Positions 55,976 through 64,000 of a stretch of 64,000 nucleotides of DNA are shown in pieces (position 1 is the first letter of the stretch; every line of letters starts with the position of its first letter). The DNA is from Calditrichia bacterium (GTDB taxonomy: Bacteria > Calditrichota > Calditrichia > RBG-13-44-9 > J075). The notes under the pieces were generated by a model, which was not told the origin of the DNA, ran no database searches, and worked only from the letters and a program-made list of their open reading frames with translations. Position numbers and translations under genes: made by a program. The stretch is taken from the NCBI GenBank assembly GCA_050633245.1, contig JBOEGD010000011.1, positions 428,985-492,984 of the forward strand. The letters run 5' to 3'.

Positions 55976-58531
55976 TTACTTCAGCAACATCATCTGACGC
56001 ACCTGGACATTACCACCGTGCTGTAAACGGTAGAAATATACGCCGGAAGCCTGATTTAGTGCATCCCAAGTGAGTGAATACTCACCGGCAGGACGAACTT
56101 CATCAACCAGTGTTGCAACAACCTGACCAAGCAGGTTATATACTTCAAGAGTCACCTTACCACGAGACTGCAGAGAGTACTGAATAGTTGTGACCGGGTT
56201 AAACGGATTCGGGAAATTCTGAGCCAGCTCAAAAGACTGCGGCAGAGCAGAGATTCGTGTATCATCCACAATTCCGGTAGTAATCATACCAAAGTGACGA
56301 TCACCAATCAAACCACCCTTACTTGAGATGGTGTTAAGTGCAGCATTTTGCGGCTGAAAGTTACCATTCGGTGCATCAACATACTGAGCATCAAAGTTTC
56401 TCATGGTGCCTTCTCTGATAATACCAAGATCAGAAGATCCGGACCACTGACCACCTTCATTAATCCAGGGCTCGCCAATTGTGACAGTATCACCATTTGC
56501 CTTAATACCAGCAATATTGAAAGTGTCAATATGAGATACTACAGAGCCGAAGCGCTCTATAGAGATCAATGAGTTCGTTCCAGAGAAAACGTCATTACCC
56601 AGCTGAGCATCAGAAATGATAAGATCGCGAATCTGAGTATACTGGAAATCACGCTCCCAGATAACGCGGGATGCACAATTGTAGAATGTAGACTGTTCGA
56701 TCAAAGTAGGGGCATCAGCAGTCAGTGAGTCGCCATCGCTCTCAATTTTAATCGCACTTCCCTTAATATTATCAAATGTACAGTCACGAACGATCATAGC
56801 ACCATAAGCACCATTGCGCGGGTGAACCGGATCTTTGTGAGCATTAATAGAACGAATTCCTTCGTCACCAGTGTTGCGGAAGGTTACTTTTTCAAAGTGC
56901 AGGGAACCAACCCATGAGGTGCGGCTAATATCAAAGATGCTACCATCGGTAGAGGTTGCCGGATCTCCGGACTGATATACATTACGAAGTTCAGCATTTA
57001 CTACACGGATACGTGGCGCAGTTCCAAGACCAGCGGTCGGAACGTTGTTTACTTTCAACATATACTTAAACTGAGCGTAATCGCCGCTAACAGTTTGACC
57101 GTCAACAACTACATTGCGCAATGTAAAGTCCGCATTAATCGTGATATAGTCATTCTGCGCGATACCGGCGGCAGCTTTAATGATAGGTGGATTGCTTGGG
57201 TCTGCACCAATGATGGTCAAAGGCACATCGATTGTGGTGGGTGCAAGTTCATAAACGCCACCCGCTGTATTTAGCTCAATAATGTCAGCTGCGCCAGGAT
57301 TGGCATTAGCAAAATCGATAGCAGCACCTAAACCATCTGATGGCGAAATACTAATCGTTGTAAGTGCCGGAGGAGGATTGGTTGCCCAACGCAGGTCACC
57401 AATCGGTGTGCCTCCAGCGCCCAAGCGATAGCATGGAGAACCAGCCATCAATGTAAAGTCACCATTTGCCGGATCGGCAAACATCGGATCGTATTCATAA
57501 ATAGTTGTCCACTCTACATCACCTTCACCGGAAGCACCTGACCACTGTCCTGGTTGTAGAATAAAGGCACGTGGCCCTATGGTAACCGTATCACCATCTG
57601 CTTTAATACCGGCGATATCAAATGTATCGACATGAGCAACAATTGAACCCTCACGCTCAATTGAGATTAGCGAGTTGGTATCAGCGAAATTATCATTACC
57701 AAGGATACTACCGGCGATGATAATATTACGCATGATAGAATTCGCATAGTCACGCTCCCAAATCACACGACGCTGACAACCATAGAAGGTTACGTTTTCA
57801 ATCAACAGCTCACCATCATACGTGGTGGAGTCGCCGTCGCTCTCAACTTTAACCGCGCTACCGCGAATATTGTTGAAAGTACAGTTGCGAATAACAAGTG
57901 AACCAATTGCAGTTCCCTGAGGATGAACCGGATCTTTGTGAGCATTAATAGAACGTACACCTTCGTCACCAGTGTTCATGAGGGTTGTATTCTCAAAATG
58001 AACTTTGTCTGCATAAGATGTGCGACTGATGTCAAAGATTGTCCCATCCGATGCAGTTGCCGGATCACCGTTTTGGTACACATTACGGAGAACACAGTTA
58101 GTCACGATTAACTCAGGTGCGTCGTTGGCAACCGTTCCGGGAACGTTGTTAATTTTCAACATGAACTTAAACTGAGCATAAGTCCCGTTAATAGCTTGCC
58201 CGTCAATGATGATCCCATCGAGTGAGAGGTCGTTATTGATTGTAATAAAGTCGTTTTGAGCAATACTGGGATCGGCCTTGATAACAGGTGGGTTTGCCGG
58301 GTCGGTTCCGCGAATCGTCATCGGAACATCGATAGCAACCGGGAGCAGATTATACTCACCCCCAGCATCAGTCAACTCAAGAATGTCGGCCGAACCCGGG
58401 TTCGCGTTAGCAAAGTCAATTGCATTATTCAGGCCAGATGCCACGTCCACCTGAATAACAGTTTGTGCAAAAGCACCGCTGCAAAAAAATGCTGCAGCAA
58501 GGGTAAAAAGAATTGTCTTGAAGGAATTCAT
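55976..58531 (-). CDS. T9SS cargo with two tandem ~367-aa beta-helix repeats (candidate surface glycan-binding protein)
   Basis: Start MNSFKT after GGAGG; duplicated AIDFANANPG...NTGDEG.RSINAHKDPVHP...RVIWERD; CTD QNFPNPFNP; no PL6 Lys/Arg motifs. Confidence 0.8.
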   Translation of the reverse strand: MNSFKTILFTLAAAFFCSGAFAQTVIQVDVASGLNNAIDFANANPGSADILELTDAGGEYNLLPVAIDVPMTIRGTDPANPPVIKADPSIAQNDFITINNDLSLDGIIIDGQAINGTYAQFKFMLKINNVPGTVANDAPELIVTNCVLRNVYQNGDPATASDGTIFDISRTSYADKVHFENTTLMNTGDEGVRSINAHKDPVHPQGTAIGSLVIRNCTFNNIRGSAVKVESDGDSTTYDGELLIENVTFYGCQRRVIWERDYANSIMRNIIIAGSILGNDNFADTNSLISIEREGSIVAHVDTFDIAGIKADGDTVTIGPRAFILQPGQWSGASGEGDVEWTTIYEYDPMFADPANGDFTLMAGSPCYRLGAGGTPIGDLRWATNPPPALTTISISPSDGLGAAIDFANANPGAADIIELNTAGGVYELAPTTIDVPLTIIGADPSNPPIIKAAAGIAQNDYITINADFTLRNVVVDGQTVSGDYAQFKYMLKVNNVPTAGLGTAPRIRVVNAELRNVYQSGDPATSTDGSIFDISRTSWVGSLHFEKVTFRNTGDEGIRSINAHKDPVHPRNGAYGAMIVRDCTFDNIKGSAIKIESDGDSLTADAPTLIEQSTFYNCASRVIWERDFQYTQIRDLIISDAQLGNDVFSGTNSLISIERFGSVVSHIDTFNIAGIKANGDTVTIGEPWINEGGQWSGSSDLGIIREGTMRNFDAQYVDAPNGNFQPQNAALNTISSKGGLIGDRHFGMITTGIVDDTRISALPQSFELAQNFPNPFNPVTTIQYSLQSRGKVTLEVYNLLGQVVATLVDEVRPAGEYSLTWDALNQASGVYFYRLQHGGNVQVRQMMLLK
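56270..58465 (-). repeat. Intragenic direct duplication with 1101-bp period
   Basis: Identical 32-mer TGAACCGGATCTTTGTGAGCATTAATAGAACG at 56823 and 57924, plus other shared blocks; boundaries approximate. Confidence 0.85.
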
Positions 58532-58609
58532 AGAACCTCCTGGTTTAGTAACTAGATTTTCAGCACTGGGCTGATAGTTAATGTGATGCAAATTAGTTTG
58601 CCGTAACGT

Positions 58610-60127
58610 TTAATAACTGAAAGTCACCCCGACCAGCACATTATTAGACTGCTGATAGGAAAAATTTGTATTGCTAAAATAGGTGTCATAGTATTTCAAT
58701 GAACCGAACTCATAGGCGAAATCCACCTGCGCAAAATAGGCCTTTACACTTGCGCCAAGCGTATACAGATGAGCTTCCGGGCCACGATCAGGCTGAGCGG
58801 CGCCATCTGGTGCAAACACCTGGGGTAGATTGCGATAACCGCCCATCAGAGATACATTTTCTATTGGCTTAAACTCGACACCAACACGGAACGTGGTTTG
58901 ATCTACCCACTCACGTAGCGTCGCATCGGAGCTTGCTAATACAAAGTTCGCGTCAGCATAAGGATTGTGTTCGATATCCAAAGCGATTTGAAATTTGTCT
59001 GTCGGCTGTATACCTAAGCCAAAAGTAAATGAGAATGGAATTTCCAACTTATCTTCACCGGAGATTGAACCGGTAGACGAACTATCAGCAGTTGAAACAC
59101 TGCTGGTATAATTCCATTCACGAGTAAGCGTATATGCGGGTCGCAGGTTTGCGCCAACGGTTAGTCGACCCAGCGATATGGCAGTGCCCAGATTGAGCTT
59201 TGTAGCAGAAAAATCAGATGTTCCTTCCAAGCGCACATCCAATGTATCATAGCTGAAGCGAAAGATTTGGATACCATCAACAAGCTCAAAAATCCCTATT
59301 CGATTTAGAGATTGGTATTCCTCTGTTTCACCACTAATGCTCTCAAAACCTAGTCCGAAACGAATATTCTCGTTCCAGCCAAAAGCAAGGGCTCCACTAT
59401 AGCTACGCAGTGGCCCGGTACGTTCACGCTCGAAGTCAGACCAGTTGATAAAGACGCTGTCCTGAGCAGAAACGACACGAGCAGGTAAATCACCATATCC
59501 GTCGAACGCCGGATGAGGCGTTAAGTGCGTAATGTTGCGGTCGTAATCATTAATATTCATGTTTGCATTGTAGCCCAGTGATACAACCATAGGGCGTTCA
59601 GATATTTTGAAAGGAAATGCAGCAGTCAAGTTGGTAAGCCCTGCATCATCTAACGCTTTTTGCCAATCCGCAGCTTCTTCAGAGTAGGTATCGGCTCCCA
59701 AAAGCGGATCGTTTACGATATAAGTCGAATCCTCAAAGAAGGCCTCATTATCAATCCAACCATCAAACTCCGGATTAGGTGTATATAGCCCATCCAGAAT
59801 AAACGACATCGTTACCAATTGGCGATTCGGACGATAGTCCTGAGCTTCACGCCACTTGTTTTCATTCGAATTAAAGTTGGCGCTAAAGCTCAGTTTATCA
59901 AGCCCGATCAACCCTGCCGGATTCCAATAGTGAGCATCTAACTCACTGTGAACGGCGGTAAAAGCCCCACCCATCGCAACAGCTTTTACACCGCTACGAT
60001 TCACCAGATCCAGCCCTTGAAATCGCAGATTATCTCCGCGATGCTGACTAAGCCCCAAGCTGGTCAAAATCGTCAGCAGCAAGATTGCCGTGCTAATTCT
60101 CAGGTTATGTTTTTTCACTGACATCAT
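58610..60127 (-). CDS. FadL/PorV-like outer membrane beta-barrel with a large insertion
   Basis: Signal peptide; AVAMGGAFTAV...YWNPAGL hatch motif; C-terminal VGVTFSY. Confidence 0.75.
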   Translation of the reverse strand: MMSVKKHNLRISTAILLLTILTSLGLSQHRGDNLRFQGLDLVNRSGVKAVAMGGAFTAVHSELDAHYWNPAGLIGLDKLSFSANFNSNENKWREAQDYRPNRQLVTMSFILDGLYTPNPEFDGWIDNEAFFEDSTYIVNDPLLGADTYSEEAADWQKALDDAGLTNLTAAFPFKISERPMVVSLGYNANMNINDYDRNITHLTPHPAFDGYGDLPARVVSAQDSVFINWSDFERERTGPLRSYSGALAFGWNENIRFGLGFESISGETEEYQSLNRIGIFELVDGIQIFRFSYDTLDVRLEGTSDFSATKLNLGTAISLGRLTVGANLRPAYTLTREWNYTSSVSTADSSSTGSISGEDKLEIPFSFTFGLGIQPTDKFQIALDIEHNPYADANFVLASSDATLREWVDQTTFRVGVEFKPIENVSLMGGYRNLPQVFAPDGAAQPDRGPEAHLYTLGASVKAYFAQVDFAYEFGSLKYYDTYFSNTNFSYQQSNNVLVGVTFSY

Positions 60128-60145
60128 TATTAACTCCAGATCTGT

Positions 60146-61138
60146 TTATTGAAGCTCGAAATTGAAGGTGAAGCGCTGCACATTGCCAAGAAATTCACCA
60201 AAGTCGTTATATGAATAATCCAGCTTAAAACGGTTGACGTTAATACCAAATCCCGCTGTCCAGCTCTCTTCATCAAAATTCACTTTATAGCCACTGCGTA
60301 ACGAAATCAGACTGCGATAAGAATATTCCACTCCCAGGTGCTGCTGCTGACTATGATCACGAGTTTGCGCCAGATCGTAAGCAAACAATACATTATGATC
60401 TTCTGAAGGCATTAGAAAAGCATCACCCTCGTCTCCAAGCAACATGCCGGACAGGCCAATTGCAAAGATCTGCGGTAGCGGGTATCCTTCATCTACATAT
60501 TTTACTTCCGGGCCAAAATTGCGTAGCATCATACCGAAGTCCAGCGATCTAAGGCCGGTTTTAAACAATATTCCACCATCAAATATTACGCTTCCGGAAC
60601 TTTCCACGATCAGGTCTTCATATGCATACTTTGCCGTCAGGCCAAATGAAAATTGTGTGGTAAGGCGTCGGGCATAAGAGATTCCAAACAACATGGCGCT
60701 CGGAGCAACGTTCGAACCGGTAAAACCAAGGTTGAAAATGCCGGTTGCAGGATCACGGAAGAGCTGATCTGCGCGAGTTTCCTGTATTTCGCCGTAGTCC
60801 AAGACCTGAGCCTGAACAGCAAATGTTCCGAAATTGCCTATTGTATACGAACCGGAAAAGCTGCTCACGGTAACATCTGAGAAGTAATCCAGATACGCCA
60901 CACCAGCCTCTAGACGAGAGGTTCGACTGAGCGCGGCAGGATTAAAAAAGACCGCCTCAGAGGTGTTAATCGTTGTTGAGGCAACTCCACCCATGGCAGA
61001 GGCCCGCGCATTGGGAATGACTGTCAGGAACTGAAAAGACGTCGTACCGACCTGGTCGAATCCCCTTACTTGTGCACCGGCTGATCCCGCCCAAAGAGTG
61101 GCAAAGAGTAACAGCGTTGTGTTGAATAAACGTTTCAT
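60146..61138 (-). CDS. PorV/PorQ family outer membrane beta-barrel (PorV paralogue)
   Basis: VGTTSFQFLTVIPNARASAMGG...VFFNPAAL; GVEY..LRSGY; LDYSY...QRFTFNF. Confidence 0.85.
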   Translation of the reverse strand: MKRLFNTTLLLFATLWAGSAGAQVRGFDQVGTTSFQFLTVIPNARASAMGGVASTTINTSEAVFFNPAALSRTSRLEAGVAYLDYFSDVTVSSFSGSYTIGNFGTFAVQAQVLDYGEIQETRADQLFRDPATGIFNLGFTGSNVAPSAMLFGISYARRLTTQFSFGLTAKYAYEDLIVESSGSVIFDGGILFKTGLRSLDFGMMLRNFGPEVKYVDEGYPLPQIFAIGLSGMLLGDEGDAFLMPSEDHNVLFAYDLAQTRDHSQQQHLGVEYSYRSLISLRSGYKVNFDEESWTAGFGINVNRFKLDYSYNDFGEFLGNVQRFTFNFELQ

Positions 61139-61169
61139 GTTATTCCTCTATCTACGTTGGCATGAGCCA

Positions 61170-63497
61170 TTATTTTACGATTATCAGTTTACCGAAATAG
61201 GTTTCGCCTGCCGGATTACTAACGTGATAAAAATACACACCGGAAGCCATGTCCTGATTGTTTCTGGAAACCTGGAATGTCGCAGCCTGACCAGCCTGCG
61301 GATTATCGTGTTCGATCGTCTCAATCAGCTGCCCGCTAAAGCTATAAATTCGAATCGTAGCACGCGGCGTAAGTCCATAAAAGCGGATCGAATTTGCTTC
61401 ATTATTGCCTTCAAACCCGGAGTTCACGACAAATGGATTCGGAACAGCAATCACATCGCTCAGTTGGTCTACCGGTGCAATATTTTTCTTGTGCTCAGTG
61501 AAGTTGGTTCGACCACTTTGTCCACCATTTATATCCACAGATGTAACAGCGTAGAATTTAGTCTCCCCTACCCTAAAGCTCTGATCGGTATCTTCAAATT
61601 CATACAGATTGTCTGCATTTACCTGTCCAACGTCTACAGAGTCGATTAACACAAAAGGACCGGCAGACAGATCGGATCGAAAGATATAGAACTTCGACAA
61701 AGCTCCCTGTAGACGAGGATGCGTGAAATTCTCAACAGAGCGTTTCCAGTTTATCAAAACCGAAGAGTTAGGCGTATTGGCTACTTCAATAACGGGAGCT
61801 GGAAATGGAACCGGAATCTTATATTTATTGGTATTTGCAGACGGACGCGGCTGATCTTCCGGAAATATCAAACCAGTTGGAAATGGTTCCTGATGTAGCG
61901 GACCATAGCCGTCACTATCCATCGGAATATCCATTCCCTGATAGGCCTCATGCGCCTTGTGAGCTACCTGCTGCACTGTAATCACGTCTGAGTTCACATG
62001 ATCGGGATAACCGAAGTCATCAATATAGTTTTCAGTCATTACCTGGCCGTCAAGTTCAATGCGGCGATTCCAGTCTCTTACCTGAAAGAATTGACTACTT
62101 CGCTGTCCACCAAGCGTACGCTTTCCGGCAGTACCACCATAGCCGACAACCTCGGCATAGGCAAATTCCAGTTTGTCACCAATAGACATATTGTAAGGAC
62201 CAAAACCCGATATGGCCATTCCACCATTGTAGCTTTCATCCCACTCAAAGCGAGCGCGGCCTTTCCAGTTGCGGCCACCTGGTAAGACATAGCGATTACC
62301 GTCTGACGGCTGACCGGATGGCACACCAACCTCACCATACACTGTCCACCAGCGCTCATCGAGCGTTGCTGCGCGATCAATCATCTTTGGCGAACGTGTA
62401 TTCGGCGTTCCGGTTTTTATATTCCACGGCTGCTTAATGTAACCGTTCGCATCCGTTTCAAAGTAACTATTACTGCCATCGCGCAACATAAAGCTGGCGT
62501 AGTCAGATTCGTTGCGTGAAGCATCGAGCGGGTCAACAATGGCCAGATTATTAGTGTCCCAATACAACATGGCATAGCCCGGGCAGGCTGCGCCAAGAAG
62601 TCCGCCACCATTTTTACCAGTGGTAGCAAATTCCATAAACAACTCTGGATTTGGTTCCGGCTTTGCAGCCAGGAGTTCATTCACATCTGCGGTTCCGGTG
62701 CGCGTTGCAGTTTGCCAGATCAACCAGTAATCCGGATCCATCGAGTAATGTTGGTCGGTGCGATAAATACCTCCGGTATCGCCATAAAACCACGGCGTGC
62801 CATAATGGCGACCATAAGCCAGTTGAGACGGTCCAAGGCCGTAGTTTACGTGAAAAAGCACGTCTTTTAGATTTGCTGTGCGCTCAATCGTTGAAGGATC
62901 ACCGTCTGTGTTACCGGTATACTCCAGTTCATATTCATAGATAATCATATCATCGTAGTCTGGATAGCTCCAAACGCGTGACGTACGAGTTATGGTTATA
63001 CCCACCAAAGTGGCCCACTTTGCAATAATAATTTCCTCTGCTTCATCGGGGTCATAAGCGGGGTTCAGCTCACCGTCCGGTAGCAACGGAAAGTTCTCGA
63101 TCTCTTCGAGAGACAATGGGAAGCTCCAACGATCGAAGGGCAACTCCGTCGTAGTTCTGGTTCCGGTGCCTCCACAAAATGCGAAAATGCGATTGTCATT
63201 TCCGGTAAGACCTTCTTCGTTCGCAGAAACATAGACGCCTGCTCCCCAGCAGTTATTAAAGCCATCGTATTCGATGTTTTCAATAACCGTGCGCGACCGC
63301 GGCGGCCATTCCATTAACGGTAAATTTGTCTCGGCATAGACAATCCAGGGACGAGCAATTGTTCCGGTATTGTACACCGTTTGGTGAATCATGCCGCGGT
63401 CGTGTATTTTAAAATCCCTTACCTGAGCAGAAAGCTCCGTCAGTGAAAACGACATCAGCATAATCATCAGTATTTTTAAGCAGTTTGTGGGCTTCAT
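61170..63497 (-). CDS. Secreted protein with FN3-like domain and atypical 'VPNPF' T9SS-like CTD (TBDR-associated)
   Basis: Signal peptide; PFPAP...INW...IFRSD...FEDTD...FYAVTSVD FN3-like segment; VIAVPNPF...IRFYGL...IRIYSFSGQLI...ASGVYFYHV...GKLIIVK. Confidence 0.8.
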   Translation of the reverse strand: MKPTNCLKILMIMLMSFSLTELSAQVRDFKIHDRGMIHQTVYNTGTIARPWIVYAETNLPLMEWPPRSRTVIENIEYDGFNNCWGAGVYVSANEEGLTGNDNRIFAFCGGTGTRTTTELPFDRWSFPLSLEEIENFPLLPDGELNPAYDPDEAEEIIIAKWATLVGITITRTSRVWSYPDYDDMIIYEYELEYTGNTDGDPSTIERTANLKDVLFHVNYGLGPSQLAYGRHYGTPWFYGDTGGIYRTDQHYSMDPDYWLIWQTATRTGTADVNELLAAKPEPNPELFMEFATTGKNGGGLLGAACPGYAMLYWDTNNLAIVDPLDASRNESDYASFMLRDGSNSYFETDANGYIKQPWNIKTGTPNTRSPKMIDRAATLDERWWTVYGEVGVPSGQPSDGNRYVLPGGRNWKGRARFEWDESYNGGMAISGFGPYNMSIGDKLEFAYAEVVGYGGTAGKRTLGGQRSSQFFQVRDWNRRIELDGQVMTENYIDDFGYPDHVNSDVITVQQVAHKAHEAYQGMDIPMDSDGYGPLHQEPFPTGLIFPEDQPRPSANTNKYKIPVPFPAPVIEVANTPNSSVLINWKRSVENFTHPRLQGALSKFYIFRSDLSAGPFVLIDSVDVGQVNADNLYEFEDTDQSFRVGETKFYAVTSVDINGGQSGRTNFTEHKKNIAPVDQLSDVIAVPNPFVVNSGFEGNNEANSIRFYGLTPRATIRIYSFSGQLIETIEHDNPQAGQAATFQVSRNNQDMASGVYFYHVSNPAGETYFGKLIIVK

Positions 63498-63554
63498 ACA
63501 TCATGCTCCATTTATTGAAAGCTATTGTATTTACTTTTAACAAAACATTTTCAT

Positions 63555-64000
63555 TTAGAACTTCAGTTCAAGACCAAAGCGATAATGTCTGGGTTGATTC
63601 CCGTAGAGAAAGCCCTCAAGACTGGTAACCAGTGGTGCGAATTGGTCTTGAGTCAACAGGTTCTCGCGATCTGTCTCATACTTCTCTTTAAATAAATTCT
63701 GTATCCCAGCAGGATCTTCAAAAGTACGAGTGTAATTAAACACCTTATCGTTCAGTAGATTAAACGCCTCGAAGTAGAACCGCATATCCGTTTTGTTAAA
63801 ACGCAGTCCCTTGTTCAAGCGTACCTTTAGATTGTGCTCAGTAGGCGTTCTGCGATTAAACTGCAGTCCCTGTCCTGAAGGATCCCAGGTGTATGGACGC
63901 CCTGAGAGCATGCGATAGGTTCCTGTAATGGAAGTCTTGGCAAATGGGCGAAAACCAAAAACTTCCGGGCCGGACTTGTCGTTGGTGTTCATACTTGAAT
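63555..64000 (-). CDS. TonB-dependent receptor, C-terminal part (runs off window)
   Basis: SGRPYT, FYFEAFNLLN, PRHYRFGLELKF C-terminal barrel signature; frame open to the window edge. Confidence 0.85.
   Translation of the reverse strand, partial: SSMNTNDKSGPEVFGFRPFAKTSITGTYRMLSGRPYTWDPSGQGLQFNRRTPTEHNLKVRLNKGLRFNKTDMRFYFEAFNLLNDKVFNYTRTFEDPAGIQNLFKEKYETDRENLLTQDQFAPLVTSLEGFLYGNQPRHYRFGLELKF

Noticed and set aside
1953-63283. Numerous 60-200 aa antisense or alternative-frame ORFs in the track
   Set aside because: They overlap well-supported genes and show no family motifs; treated as shadow ORFs.

Overview
A 64-kb chromosomal window from a Gram-negative FCB-group bacterium that is probably not a Bacteroidota. 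It has canonical TTGACA/TATAAT promoters, GGAG-type Shine-Dalgarno sites and many 'QNYPNPFNP' type IX secretion (T9SS) C-terminal domains, which suggests Calditrichota/KSB1-like (inference). 1-20 kb is housekeeping: the 5' end of sucA, a TetR-TolC-MFP-RND efflux operon with a TPR gene, gcvT, geranylgeranyl reductase, an isocitrate dehydrogenase-family gene, PerR, a quinone oxidoreductase and a CBS/CGL reverse-transsulfuration pair. A dif-like XerCD site at 20311-20338 is followed by about 10 kb of miscellaneous accessory genes. Next come two TonB-dependent receptors with a TPR-LytS-LytTR cassette. From 38.6 kb to the right edge runs a co-oriented minus-strand polyuronate (alginate/GAG-like) utilisation locus: three PL6 lyases, a heparinase II/III-like lyase, two unassigned beta-helix proteins, kduD, eda, kdgK and a secreted PQQ dehydrogenase. 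The best candidate for an undescribed system is the head of this locus, where no SusD follows the receptor: TBDR, a protein with an atypical 'VPNPF' CTD, a PorV paralogue, a second FadL/PorV-like barrel and a tandem beta-helix T9SS cargo. Non-coding highlights are a candidate sigma-28-driven anti-SD small RNA upstream of gcvT, a TGACT-N3-AGTCA operator shared by tetR, tolC and sucA, PadR operators and LytTR-like repeats. No rRNA, tRNA, CRISPR array, integrase or transposase was seen. All family calls come from motif recognition by eye; no database search was run.
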